Made by a program: the position numbers and the translations under genes
In this document: positions 13,701 through 28,500 of the stretch, piece after piece
How positions within the stretch are numbered: the first letter of the stretch is position 1
Layout of the letters: each line of letters begins with the position of its first letter
Notes under the pieces: generated by a model
Database searches by the model: none
Seen by the model: only the letters and a program-made list of their open reading frames with translations
What the model was told of the DNA's origin: nothing
Assembly: GCA_040954595.2 (NCBI GenBank)
Contig: CM082579.2
Span: forward strand, 6,499,625 to 6,563,624
DNA length: 64,000 nucleotides
Source of the DNA: Balanoglossus misakiensis
Taxonomy: Eukaryota; Animalia; Hemichordata
Direction: 5' to 3'

Positions 13701-16700
13701 AGTAGAAAGATGAGGAAATGAAGGCATATATGCCACTTTTTGTTTATATACTTAGTTTGTCTGTGTTGTCTACTGTCCATAACGAAAGACATCTTAAAGG
13801 GACAAAGTTGCTAACTTTTGACGTAAATTTGGTTATTTTTATCTCGTCTTACCTGGGTATTTTAGTACAATATCCATGACATCGCTAGCGACAGCGCGAT
13901 CTACCTGATAGACCATTGCTCCAGAGTATAGCTGTGGTCGGTCGACCCGCTCTTTCAATTATGACCGTCCACTTCCTGACTTACACTTAAATCTAAAGCG
14001 ATACCAGGTATTCTCCAAACAAACTGATTGACACACGTGCGCGCTTTGAATTTGACGTAAAACATACCGGGAATTAATATTATAATCACAGGAATATAAA
14101 ACCCAGTGCAAAAATGATAGAGGGATATTAAACAGGAAGGAAGTCAATTTCTTCCAGCAATCAAGTCGGTTACTCTGAATAGTAGTACTTAATTCACAGT
14201 GTGGTACGAAGTTCATTAACTGAACCCAATTTCAACCTTGACACAGAGGTGCCACTGGTCCCCGGGTTTTATGGTTCTGTGACGCACAAATGGAACTGTG
14301 CCGCTTTGCCGACACAGATGCAGAACACATAAAACCAAAGTTACTCGGAAGACAACAATCCAATTTCCTTTCCACAGTCCCTATAACCTTTGTACAGACA
14401 ACCCCTCTTTACAACTATCCCTTTCACACCAATACAACATCCCTTTCGCACCTATTTGTTTTCACCTGAATGCAATGGTCCTGTCTTGTTTTATGAGCTG
14501 GTTGGGACAGTCCACTGCAAAGTGGGGGTGCATTATTTTGTTGTGAAGCCACATCAAAGAGCTTATTCTATAGTAGTAAAAAGATTTTTGGTTTCTCAGT
14601 AAAATGCCTGCGATTGAGCATACATATCTATTGTTTGCTTTCCTTGCATTGCTTTTTTTCCCGACTGTTACCACGTCTAGTAAAACCACGAACGCCTGTG
14701 AAAAACTAATAAAATTTGCTTCTCATGGAGCACTTACAGCTTACTTTGATGTCGGTGTTGGCTATCACACACTTGGACACTAACACAGAGTTGGGGAAAA
14801 TTTTCAACATAGGGCTTCGCTTCACAGTGCAATTCACACACTGAGGCGTTGACAGTTTGGTGTAAATTTGTCCCAACACCAGGTTCAATACAGACATGCA
14901 TTGAAACTTGTATGTTATGTAGGTGAACCCAATGTGTGTGTATGTATAGATATGTGAACACATGTATGGTGGGTGTATCCCGGGCAAGTCATGGCAATGG
15001 TTTTCACTAGTCAACAATACATACACAACACAAGTTACTACTACATGTATAGGCTAGATCGAAAAACAATTCAAAGACTTACTCACTCAGTATTCCCGAT
15101 AATTCCAGTTTTATGGATAATCCAATTTTTTTACCAGAGGGCACCTTGATAAGTTGCAAACTGCTCGGACTACAATCCTATTTACCGTGCACTCGGTCAC
15201 TATAACGCATGCAGCGACAACGAGGTTGTCTTCAGAAGCAATGCCCCTCGATGGCACTCTTTTTTTGTGAACTTGTATAGGTGCCAAGTTGCTTGTGTGT
15301 GTGTGGACTGTCCTGAATGAAGCTAATCTGAATATCAAACCTAGCAGCACAATAGTCGGCACATATCCACGGCTATTTCTGTGTCTCTCTCCCCTTGCCC
15401 ATCTCATGCGAGATTCAGCTGGAGGGAAATGGGTTTCCTTTTTCTTCCAGGAGACGCACACTATCTCAAGACAATGCCAGTCTGTTGCATTACAGAAACT
15501 GCGCTCCAGCCTGAGTGTCCTTCAAGACGCTTTGCACGCTGATGTCACAGTAAGCTAAGATAAGCAAGCACCCAAAGTTCACAATGTATCTCTCATCTCA
15601 TTACCGCCACATGTGCTCTGGTTGTTTTCAGCCTGTTTGCACCACACAGGTTCTAATCACACAATTTCGTCACCATAAACCGTTTAGCAAACAATATCCT
15701 ACAGGTGTATATCAGCTAGGCTTCTTGCAGAGGTCTTCTGGCTTATAAAAACTCACCAGCAAATAAAGTGGGCGGCCGAAGCGATACCACCAAATCTCTC
15801 TTTTCTCCCGTGCCACGCAGAGCAAAGCATATCCTTCACATTACGTAACGAAACGTTTTCTCTTGAATGTGGAATAAAAACGCTCCCTGACGGCCCAAAC
15901 CCAGAACCCGTGCACTGGCAAGCGGGCCAGCGATCAGTGCAAGACAACTGGCCCACAAAATCTCCAAACAATTATTAGCCAGCAACAATATCACCCTGGT
16001 GACGGCACTGTGTTAATAAACTATTGTGTGGAAACTAGGTGGTGTGAAGGGGTCACTTGATATCACTATGGGCCAAGACTTGAGTGACCAATCACACACA
16101 CTGTACCAGTTTTAGTCTATTATAAACACATAAAAAATATCATAACACATCATGACTTGTGCCTTAATAAATTCAAATATCAGCGCATGGTATATGAAAT
16201 GGGTGGGTGGTTTATTACTGATCAACTGACATAAATACCAAATAGATAATCAGATTGATGACTTCAATTAACTGTTTACCATCTCAGTATTAAACCATTC
16301 ATAACAAGATTCTGAATGTATATATTATTTCATGAGCTAACATTAAAAGTTGTACCCCCCCCCCCCCATATATCTACTATTTATGCATGTGCCAACATGT
16401 GACAATTTTTCAATGCATAATATGATGCATTGTCTTTTGTTCATGAGATCATTATAAATTGACTGTAGTTTTACTGCAGACAAACAGTTTACCAGTATTA
16501 GACAATTTTATGATTTATGCATGAATCAGTTCCAACAAGCAGAAAAAGTAAATTACAACAAATGGAATTGCCGCAATTTTATGGAACCCTGCAGTTTAGC
16601 AGCCCACAACGTATAATTTTTCACCACGCATTAACTTTATTACTGTAATAAATTCATGCCTGAAGTAGTCAAGTTATAAATATGATTGATACATAGCATG

Positions 16701-19321
16701 TAACTATGCATTTAGTGGCTGGCCTATATGCATTCAAACCAGGTCTTGGATTTTACCATTTTGTGTTCTCTCTGTGTGATATGTTGGATCAAAAATCCCA
16801 GAAAAAAAATCAAATTCAGCAGTGAATTAAATCACAGTCACACCCCATGTCAACTTACGTAACCACCTTTGGACGTGAAAGTAGATTCGAGTGAACTTGG
16901 ACAATGCACGCCCAGAAGACAGGATTGTCAGAAAAGCCCACCATTGTTGATTCTTTTTTTTGGGGAGGGGGGATATATTCATTGCAGATAATACCAGCTA
17001 AGAGATAAAAACACTGTGCGCAAATTAGCAAGTAACTGTGCAACCCTTGGACGGTCCACCACACACCGAGAACATCACAACCATAGCTGCTGTTTCAAAA
17101 ACAGTAAATTCACTGCAAGTATAATTGGCCGAGTGACCACAATTTTAAAATCTCAGGACGCAATCACCGACTCGAAATGGCCTGCTGATATCAATTATAA
17201 AATCCCCAAGTTTACTGAAAGGACCCCGTGGAATAAATAAAGACGCAATTGTCCGGTAATTGCCGTAAAAAGCCCAGCGTTACCATACCAAAAGGGCTCA
17301 TTGATCAATTATCATGTAAGCGTCTTTTGAGAGGGGCACAAAAGCTAAACCACCCAGCTCAGCTTTCAAATCGTGCGACACCCTGTGATTAAACTGTGCT
17401 TGCGATGTTTAGTGGCCTTCAGAAAGCAATTCTGAGTTCTCACAATATCTATTGTATTTCTAGGCAATAGCAAGCAGCCACTGTGTGTGTGTGTGTTACT
17501 TGAGGGTTCACGGGGAATCTTCAAGTAAAATCTGTGTCCAGCTAAAACAAACCATCGGTGCGGAGAGATGGTTACTTTTCCCACCTGCAACTTTATCAAA
17601 GATCAGTAGAGGAAATACTTGAAAACAAACAGTGAAGTATAAATCACTCTTGGGCTTTCTTCTTCTCTTTCTTGCATCGTCACTCGAGTGTGAACTACTA
17701 AAGGTATGATGGGCTTTTGCCAAAAAGCAGATCTCCACTTCACAACCACACCACCATACGATTCCATTCTTTTCCGGCACATAATAAGTTTTTTTTCACG
17801 GTGTAATGGTGATGGATGCCTCTCCCCCGGAACTGAAGTCAGCCAAACACAGAAGCCCTCAAGAAACATTAGGCAGGATTGACTGAGATGAGGGAGAGAG
17901 AGGGGGGGGGGGGGGGGAGAGCCCAGCTAAGGACAAGAAGCTCTGTCATGAACTGAGATGAAACGCAGACTGCATTACCAACACAACCCCACACACACAC
18001 GTACACCAGCCAACTCAGAAGTCAACATGGCCCCTGTAAAGTAGTCTAACAAACGACAACACACAGTAGCACAGAACACAACCTGGCAGTGTATTTTCCT
18101 CCAGACAACACACGCACACTACAGGGGTTGAGTTTGGCACAAGCCATATGCCTAAATGTAACATACAGAAATCAACTCACAGTTGCATGAGCCAAGCCAG
18201 TTGTCCCCATAAACTTGTATATGAGTCAAGTTTACAATGTATGTACATGTAGAAAGCAGAGCAAAGGTTAGACATGGGTCTGTCTGATTACAACAAATAA
18301 CATTTACTGTTCTAACATGTTGTAAAGACATCATATCATCGATAAAGCCAATAATGAATCATTAATGGTTCAAATAAAAAGAGCCGATTGACTTGTCAGC
18401 TTTTACTGAAACAATTAGGTTCAGCTCGACAAAGTGGCCAGTCTTATTGTTTCAGACCCACGTACACAATAGGGTCGGAGTATTAAAAACCCACACCAAG
18501 TCAGAAACTACAAGGTCTCTGACCTCAGACAATAACACCTGAAAAGCGATCTCAAGAGGGTTGCCAGGGGTAACCGTACCTGGAAGACAGGAAGTTTCCT
18601 GCCTGACTTACGTTCGACTTTGCTGAGAGAGCCAGCAGTTTAATGTGATGTATGACATCACCCACAAACACTACAGTGGTCCCATTAAGGGTTTTTCTTC
18701 CTAACCGTTCATTAAAACAATTACTAAAACTGCCATCAGTCGCAGGATGGACCTCTCTTGACTTTTGACCAGGAATGAGACAACCTCTGACCAGTGTTCT
18801 ACGTAAACATATATTTCTGTACGTCACACCACACTCATATATAATTCTGTCAATATTGACAATCAAACACTGGGTACTTATCAATGCCATCCCCGCTCAG
18901 ATAAATTTATGAATGAATTTCCTGATGATCACTTAGATTTTTTTATTTTGATAGATCCCTGTAAATCCATTTTTGAATTGAAAGAAATATGGTCCCCTCT
19001 TCAAACATAGCTGTACTGTGACCGACTTTGTGTTTTAAATCGAAGAATGGTAACCATAGAGGGCGCTCTTACATGGAAACCGTATTCAGCTTAAAACAAA
19101 AATTCAATTACACAAATTTCACGAAAGAAATGTCAAACACATATAAGCTGCCACTATACATATCATGTCAGTGGATCAGTCCCTGCACAAACAATCTCAG
19201 ACCGTGTATGTGTCACCTGTGTGTAAACTTTCAACCAATCACATCCGCATTGGAAGAGATGCAATCCTGAGTTCAGTGACCCCCGTAGGACAATTTTCAT
19301 TGCTCTCCTTGTTCCGAGTAC

Positions 19322-19434
19322 CTGCAAGGATGTTTTTGTCTGACGTCATCGCAGTAAATGAGCGTCGAGTACTCCAGTACTCCACCAAAGATGATGACAG
19401 ATGACTAAGTTTTTTTCTTCTGTTTGATGATGTA
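19322..19434 (-). other. Candidate alternative exon (113 nt; could start MTSDKNILA, phase-1 exit)
   Basis: Acceptor AGTTTCTTTCATTCAG| and donor CAG|GTACTC. ATG at 19349. Confidence 0.2.
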
Positions 19435-20971
19435 CTGAATGAAAGAAACTGATAGCCAACAGGCAAGTGACCTGCCGTACTGTGGACTCGACGGCAGACA
19501 CGGACGCGCTGACCCCTTCCTCTAGTGGTTACCCTGGCACGACTTCAAAAAACAAACACCGGCCCACGAAACTGGATAAAATGGCAGTTGCCCAACCCCC
19601 CACGGCAACGATTACAGCTGGCTGGGCCCCACTGGGGTCCTCCGTGAAATTAGACCCAATTGTGACGGATGCACCCCAGAATCTGTGACGAGAGAGAACT
19701 TTGGCACAGACTGTCATCTCAGACAGAACACACAATTACTGAATTATGTACTCCAGCCCATACAGAGGATTTATGCCCCACGAAGTCTTCCATAGACATC
19801 AATGATACCGCCACTCAGCCCTGAATCAATAATTATTCTCTGAATTCCACACTACCATATTATCAACCTGAAATTGTGTTTCTGTTTTCAATGACTGTTA
19901 TTCTAGCAATAAAAGACTTCCAGGCTCTTTACTTGTAATTGATGAGTTAATGAACCACACTTCCTGCATGTCTTGTGAAAAGAAATTTCTGATTTCACCA
20001 ACATCATGTCACAAACACAAGTCTCTCTGTGGTGGTATATACTCAATGTATAGCGCACTTGACTTGTCTAGATGGCGTAAATCAGTTATTATCAAATAAG
20101 TTGAAGTATTCATTACAAGACTGAATTCTTAGCAGAAATGACCAGAAACACTTTATTGCGTTCTAGTCCATCTACAATAAAGTTTCACATATTCATGTAC
20201 AGAGCTCTACACTGATTTATAAATTTCAACACGGATCTACATCCTGCATTCTAGGGCTTCTCTTAACCCACAAAGACACACGGCACAGCAGACTACAGAT
20301 TTCAAACCATGCATTCTATCTCTGTGCAACACCCCGCATCATCGTTGTGGGAGTGTGTTAACCTCTGACCTTGACCTCTGAACTAGACCAATGAGGGCCA
20401 AACATTAGAATGCAGAGAGAGCAGAATGTTCCAGTGATCTACATTCCACACGTTCACTGAAGTTGCAAAGAGTCCACAAGCACATACTTTTTTTTTAAAT
20501 GTGCGACTCACATTACAGAAAATAAATTACATGTTTATGCAACAAAGTGTGGACTGACTTCTCCCTTTTCAAGTAATGCACCTATCACGAGATGCAACTT
20601 TTGACTTTTTCTCAGTAATTCTCAAATCCCCGTATTCTAATACTGGCTTCCCACATCCGGTAAAGCAGTCTAATATCCTAAGCCTTTGATGTATTTCAAT
20701 AACACCAGTTATCGCGTTTCACTTTGTACCCACAAAGTAATTGAGACTTTTGGAAGGAACTGACAGAACGTTTTACGTTCAGCGTACACCACTGGTTCTA
20801 TTTCAGCTCGGAACACGCTATCGCATACAGAGAAGAACAGAGGGGGAAAAAACGACGAGAAGTGGGGGGTAACACGATCGGCGTGGGTTTCATTCACTGC
20901 TCAATGAGGGGAACTGTTAAGGAGTCGTTTCACCCTTTCATCACGGCCCCTTGTTTCAAGTCCAATCTTAC

Positions 20972-20997
20972 AGCGGTGTTCAAAGCTGCGGTCGGAT
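20972..20997 (-). CDS. Candidate 26-nt internal exon (phase 1-0; DPTAALNTA)
   Basis: Acceptor TTGTTATTCCTGTATTCAG| and donor GCT|GTAAGA. Open in phase 1. Confidence 0.2.
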
Positions 20998-23900
20998 CTG
21001 AATACAGGAATAACAATGTGAAATGTCCGCAATGATTGAAGTCGGTTGCATGGGCACTCACATGCATACCAGCCACTGCTCAGTTAGTTGCTCAATCAGG
21101 ACATTATCACTTTTAATTAAAGTAGAAATCAGACCAGACAAATGTAGCCCTGAGATTTGAGATAAAAACCTGTGTATGCTTCTCTTCAGATGATGTAACA
21201 AGTTTAACCACCTCCGCAGCGCACTACTGCGCAGGAAGAACTTGAGAACAAATACTGAAGCAAGTTTGTGCCAAAATGTTGTATCTAAGACAGACAGACA
21301 GACATACAGACAAACACACACCTTCACAAACCTACTCTGTGGAACGTGGTGGAAAGTCAATTAAGGTCAACCGGGCTGGCTTTCTGAAAGATTCCCCGGT
21401 ACAAATATTTGAGTTTCCACAAGAAACACGCCGATTACAATGGGTGAATGAACGAACCGAATGTAAAATTACACTAAGTCAAACCATGCTCTAAGCAGGC
21501 ACCATCCCCTTCCTAGCACCGGTTGCCATGGCAACAAAAGCGGAGTACAAACACGGTGCGACGTCTTCAAATGTTCTCACACTGATGACCCTATTTAACA
21601 GCAGTATTGTTGTGCTAGAGCGCTCCAGACAAAGGGGTATAGTCGCCGCATTTTTGAAAGTTCAGTGCTCAGTTATAATGATAGCACTTCATAGGTTAAA
21701 TTATTGGCCACACAAACTAGAAGTAGAACAAGCTGGTACTCACGGCCAGAAAAAAAATTGAATTCTACGTGGTGACTCTATCATTCAAAGGACTCTTATA
21801 TTTACAATGTACTACAACTGCCCCATCACACCCATCAAAAGTTTTGAGTCATTTCACTCAGTTGGTACCCTGTAGGTTTTGGAACCTGATGTGAGTTGAA
21901 GAACGTTAGACCTATTTCAAGTAGCCAATGGGGCAGTTTACAGATTCTCATCAATAATTTATGCAAATGATAAGTATTAATAATAGGTTGCCATGACAGT
22001 CGGTTTGCTGAATCCAGGTATTCATAGAACATTTGGCAAGTTATCTACAATGCATGGTGGTACAAATGGACTGTGCTGAGTTGACCAAAACCTACTTACA
22101 CCAGAAAGACTTAGATGATGATGCATCTGCTTCTATTGATGAAGGATTATAAAGACAGACACAGCTAGGCTGATGTGCCGAATGGCTGTAACACGGTGAC
22201 GTGTCAATGCTTAACTTGGAATCTATTACAACAGTCATTAGCCAAGCTCTACTTATTTTGAAAAATCACGTCTTTTTCCCCCTTTAACCCAGTTTCAGCG
22301 ACATAATGATGAGGCGGTTCAATCCCTGGGGCTAACTCTCAGTTACTTGTACATCCTGGCACTTGGTGACACCGAAAGAGTAAGTACTCCAAAGACAGGA
22401 GTCTTTAGAAGCGAGAGGCGGCAGCGAAAAAAATACAAGACCCAGGGATAAAACCAAAGGCTAGATAGCCACAGTAGTTGTTATTCTAACAGCAGCAGAC
22501 CAACACTGTATCAATATTTGATTGGTATTGTCAGCTACCAGTCATGCCTAGACTCAGCTGTAACAGCCGCTGGGTTGCGAACGTTGACTCCACTCCACTG
22601 AGAAAATCAGCCCCAAAAAGGGGGGTGAAGAAAATGTATCACGGCCGAGACTATAGGGTTACTGTTGCACATATCACCACCGGTCCGCCTGTCAATGTCT
22701 GTCATACTCAGATGTAAAATACAATCGCAAACTCTGTTTGCAACCATCACAGTCCTGCCTGTTAGGTGACAGGGTCCCACAAATGGGAAATGTCCAGTCA
22801 TTCACTTCCCATCTCATCCACACCACAAACACAGTAAGACTATGCGCCAGCCATTCTCCAAGATTCATAAATATTTAAATGCACAAACTGTAAAACATAT
22901 TACAAACCAGACTGAGAGCATCCTTTCTTCACAATGCACGAACATAAATCTGGCACCACACTGGTATGGTATCTAAGCAAACCTGGCATGCAGGAAAGTC
23001 CATTAAATCATTTAGAACTCAATGAAATTTGGGTAAGAGAATCAGGTATGTCTACAAGTAGTTTCAACTTTGTAACTCAAGACATTATTAACTGCACCTC
23101 TTGTATGTCTACCTTGCCATTGTCGAGCATAACTTCATTGTCAAAGGCAAACGGCTTTCAGTGGTTGAGAGAGAGACAGAGAGAGAGATAGCCAGTGGCA
23201 AATTAGCTCAATTCAAGGCTAAGAGCTGGCCAACAGAAAATCCAAAACTGCTCGAATTAATCCATCATATCTACATGCATTAAGGCAAGGCTTAACCCTC
23301 TCCACTTGCAGCTCAACTTTCTGTCTGCGAGCCAAACCACTCAAATGTATATCCAACGTCAGACAACATCAAGGCCAAGATGTCTGACCTCGGATTATTT
23401 CGCTGTAATACAGAAAATCTTTCCAAGGTTGACGCCCGCCGATCGAATCCGACAAAATCTGGTTTCCTACTAATATGCAAGGTACTCTGGCACATTTCAA
23501 GGGTTCTGAAAATTTTTTTCCCTCCAGTTACAAGGGCACGCTGCCGAAAATGGTATCAGTTTCACGAAAGCCACGGATCAGGCTTTGTGTTGGGGTAATC
23601 AGCAAAGTATCCCCAAACAAGTCGTGCAACATAGCCATCTATAAGCTGATTGAATATGTATGCGTATTTGATGTTTGTTCATAATCAATTGACTGGGCCC
23701 AGTGAACTGATGGGAAAGAAAACAGTGTAATGACCCCGGCTTGAAATATCCGCCTTCTGGTGCAAGCTTAGAAGGGTACGGTGTTCTAGAAAGCCTTGGC
23801 AACCCAGGGGGTTCTGGATCAATCAGAGGCCTTACAACTGAAACCCTCCAACAGACTGTTGACTGCCTGGTATTGTTATACAATAGATGAAAGTATGACT

Positions 23901-24973
23901 ATAAACGGTCGTAACATTAATCAAGTTGGTGGGTCACTATATTGTCGTTATTTCTTTGGTGCCTTGAAATCACCAAATATTGACATCAGCAATCACATGT
24001 TATGGTATTCTGGGGCGTGTAGAAGTCACACGCAAAGTACGACCTCTGACCTCTTCTACATCCCACAATGCATTAATACTCCTTATCACAAAAATTGAAA
24101 TAACCGAAACACAAGAGAGGAAGTATCCGTAACAGTCAACTACTCACAACCAACGCTCTGCAACGGAATATTTTCTCTCTCTCCATCTACTCAGTAATCC
24201 GACCTATTTATGCGTCTCTCCACTCCTCCATGGCTGTTAAACGGACATGGCAGGTGTAGGGCCTACACACAATGTAACGCACTTCAAAACACTTACTACT
24301 TCTCAACCGGACACTTTAGGTATACGGCCACCGCAAGCCGCGGTTCCCGGAACATTTTCTTCACACCTAATATGCAACGGGACTCAAAGCCAATTGTTCG
24401 TACCCGGAGTCGAGAGTTGATTTGCCGTGAATTCCGCCGGCATTCTCTATGAGACAGGTGCCCGAGCTGGGGTAATTGGCGATACGTGCATGACAGATCG
24501 GTCCCACTTGTAACTGTCTGAGTATTTCAAATACCGCAGGATTTTTCCCCGTCAAACACGCATCAAACTTCATCAAGTTTATATGTGCTCCTTCGGGGTA
24601 TTAATTACTATCGCACATTCGCAAACGCAGTTGGCGCTGCTTGATTGATTTTGAATATCAAATAAATAGAATGAACTGACTTACACTTCGTATATACTCT
24701 AATCCTATGAAGTCAACACAGGACATGTCTAGTCGTACAAACATCAGCTGACTGGTCGCAGTTCCACAGAACTTTACAACTCTGGTAAAATGACCCAAAT
24801 TGTCATGTATTTACTAGTCAGCAATTTCAGAACCAGTTTGTTTGTTTTTCATAAGCAAAATTATTACTCAGATTGCAATCTGCATCTTAACGTGAATTTT
24901 AGAAACCAGTTTTCAGTAAAGAAACAATTTACGTACTTTCCAAACATGCACAGTAAGAGATGGATTCACTTAC

Positions 24974-25012
24974 CAGTGAGAGGACCGGGCAAGGGAGTCG
25001 TACCTGTGGCAT
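24974..25012 (-). CDS. Candidate alternative first coding exon (MPQVRLPCPVLSL, phase 0)
   Basis: ATG with an upstream in-frame TGA, 13 codons, consensus donor CTG|GTAAGT. Lies just downstream of a CpG-rich patch (~25.1-25.5 kb). Confidence 0.3.
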
Positions 25013-25373
25013 ACGTTTAGACACCTTTCTCCTGAGCTTCACAGCAGTTAGAAAAGCTTCAAAATATTCCACAGAATATCCGCGGCTCAGATTGCAATAA
25101 AGCCAGATTTCCCTACGAGACTCTCAAATCGAGGTGTACCTAAAAGATCTTCACTCTCCCACGGAGGGTGACAAACTAGACCGACCAAACCAGTTTGGAG
25201 AAGTTTTCATTCCTCGCCGTGCAACATGAGTAGTATGCAAAGCGCCGGGGCCGAGAAAACAACGGCGCTCTCAGCCTATCAAAACTCTCGGGCAGTTGTT
25301 TGAGTATCAACTTAGCCCGGGCGAAGGGTGCTGAGGTGTCCAGTATCCCCAAATACAAAGAATAAAAGCATAC

Positions 25374-25511
25374 TTGAGATTCCTCGGGCTTCCAGTTGTC
25401 ACCGATGTCGCAGGAGGACAATAGCAGCCAGGCAGGCTGGTATGCGCCGCAGCCAAACGGATGGAAACTGCATCGGCTGTTTGGCTTGGAGACTGCTTGC
25501 ACGGTACACAT
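25374..25511 (-). CDS. Candidate alternative first coding exon (MCTVQAVSKP...WKPEESQ, phase 0)
   Basis: GC-rich 46-codon segment of ORF 25176..25619 ending at donor CAA|GTATGC. Confidence 0.2.
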
Positions 25512-28500
25512 CCAACTTGAAAACCCTCCATTGACCCAATACAACTCTCTCTCTCTCCCTAATGTAGGCGACTTGTACTTTGTGACAGGAGGGGGACAGG
25601 GCCCACAATTCAAACTCAATCAACGGTTTGCTTTAATAGAGACAAACACCATTAAAAAGTCCATTTAAAAAATCCCGAGATTCCTCACACATGGTGGACC
25701 CCTTCTATGATTTCTCTTCGTCATGTTCAGAAGAATGGAGAAATGAGCCCAAACCGGAGTGCATTCACTGGCTCTCTCGAATACAAATATGGTTATGATA
25801 CTGTTTGCGTGCAACAACTGTTTTTATTGGAAAGACCCTGTCCATTACTACCGTCCATGGCATTCTAACAAATGAAGGACACCGCCCCATCAGTCTGAAC
25901 AAGCAGAAGGTTTCATGTTTGATAGCATTTTCAGGAGTTATGACATTTGTGTTTTATTCTTTTTCCAGTATAATGTTGGAAAAAAGACTGATCTGGTATA
26001 TATGAACTTAAGTTATTATTATTATATCTCTGCGCAGCATAATAGCGACTACTGATCCACACAATACTATAACTGGATGATAACATAAGCTCAATTTTTT
26101 GCAGATGCTGTTATTTACGGGTTACACGTTGCCTGTCACAGGTTGCTCCAGGTTCACCTCTGCCTCCCAGTACAAACCCTACCACTGACGACGAGCAGTT
26201 TGAACCTAGAACTGGCCGGTGAAATAGTTTTTTTGAAGACTGAAGCTGCCTTGTTTATCACAGCTATATATAGGTACATGCGGAAAACCCGATACAGTTC
26301 AGGTATGGGTGTTCGGGTGCCAAATTTCAATGAATGTCATGACGCTGTTGACCAAACAACAAAACACTCGCAAGACTGATCGCTGTACCTTGGTTAACTT
26401 TCATTCTGAAACCTGCAGTTAGCTAGTGATAACATCATGTTACATGTACGGGCATGATGTGGACCTGACTGGTCTGGCAATATCAGAACAGGTTGAATTC
26501 TGAACTCAGCAGATCTGGCACAGTTGCACAGAAACTGATGCTGTTGAACTTCCTGCACATAACATTACATTAGGAACTAAATACCTGTACAGGTGTATGT
26601 ATTCACATTGCTAGGGTTTTCCTTACTGGACTAAAGTCACTTATAACATTACAACTGATGACTGCTCTTCCAATGTTCCAGATAAATCTCTGCAATCTCT
26701 ACCTTTGACTCCAAAAAGGACCAAATGATTTGACCACCACGGAATTAGCATCCTGAATCAGCTGACATCTAGGCTACATTGTATATATATAAGAATTCAA
26801 TATATGTTTTGAAACCTGAACCCAAGGAGATACATGACAGATAGCCAATGCATACATTTATCACTGCATGCTGTTACTTTCGTACATATTACCGCGTGAT
26901 ATTTTTGTAGTGACTTCCAGAATCAAATGCTGAGAATATCCACTGTCAGAACCTGCAAGACATAGCATGGGGGCCGGGTCAAGGCTGTGGGAGAATCTTA
27001 GAGAACACACAAAAGAACTAACGGAATCAGGAAAATTTAGGAGGAGATCATTACAAGAGCCCCAAGAGATCGCTGCGGCCTTTGTGAAACAGCAGAACGA
27101 CGGACACTGCTGAATTACAAAATTAAATTGATCTCGAAACTCTGGCGACAGGCGGTATTTGACGTTTCATCTCTTTTTTCCTCATTTCTGGTAAATAATA
27201 CACTGGTTATCACAACTTGGTAACAATGCACCCAATTGACTCGGTCGGTATTGAATGCTCGCGAGGAATTTCTGAACGGAGGGAAAATTTGTTGTTGCAG
27301 TTCCTGCCTAATACATCTTTTGTGTTGATCCAAACTGGATACATTGGGCTCCATACACACGCAATCTTCCATATTCTCTCGGCAATGTTTAGTCAGAAAT
27401 CCGATGCAGTCTCTCCCCTCCAACCGACGTAAACAGACTGACATTGAAGCAGTTCGCACTAATCGGCCAATCACACGCAGCTATCTTCGTGACCTTTGAC
27501 CCATTCCCTACCGACTATCCCAACGATGCTAACAAGCCTTCCTTTACTGCTTCCAAGTATGCTTCTTCAGAACTTTTGAATTTTAATCATACCAAAAATA
27601 TCGCTTGATTATTCCGGAGGCATACCAGATAGTTTTACTGAACATAAATGTTTCAGTTTTGTGTCCACTTTCGAATTCCTTACAAGTTTAATACCGTAGG
27701 AAAATGAAATGGGGTCTTTTTCCACTAAAGACGCGGGACATCAAGCAGCGTGGTTGGAAATGGCGGAATATTACTCGCAATAAACACAATTAGGGCTGCA
27801 CTAAAATCCACCCCTCTTCCATGCACATACACTTTAATATCCTCGTGAATCTCACAATGTTGCTACTCGTATTTCTGTGGGTGCCGAGTGTTTCCCATCA
27901 ACCCATGCACTGGAATTTTTCTGCCCCATTGGTGCTTTATGAGAGTAAATTCGACAATTCGGAGGCACTAAGGCAGGGCTGTCACAAGGCCCATTGACTA
28001 CACCACCTCGGAGTATTCCAACCTTAAAATACTATAAACTTTGAGCGAAAACACTTCTCCGTCTCGGCGTCCGGACAAAGAGTCACTTGTTGCCGATTTC
28101 CTCCACAGACAGGCTCTGAAATTTCTACCGCACGAAATGTGAGGGCGAACTGATAGACAGATTACCCATAATCCTCTGATTACACTGGGAATTTGGGACG
28201 AGGAGATTACACTTGATGGCTTCAAGTCTGTCTGGCGCCGTTTGTTTGTACTTTGATTTTACGAACTGTAATACCAAACACCCTGATTCCCTGCCCCCAG
28301 TCCTCCAAACATACCGTAACAGCAGATGAGGCAGCTATGGCCTTCTGACTAAAAAAAATTCCAACAGCGTAAAACAGGTGCAGATTCTGCTTTACCAACT
28401 TCAGAGTACGCCCTTCTCGAAGTATCTCTCAATAATGCTCAAGGCTGCTTCTGTTTCACAGGACCGATGTTGGGGCACTGTCGTTCTTGATGACAGTGAC

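Noticed and set aside
13795-14100. TTAA|AGGGACAAAG end resembling a Kolobok-type MITE
   Set aside because: No matching inverted end found nearby, so boundaries cannot be defined.
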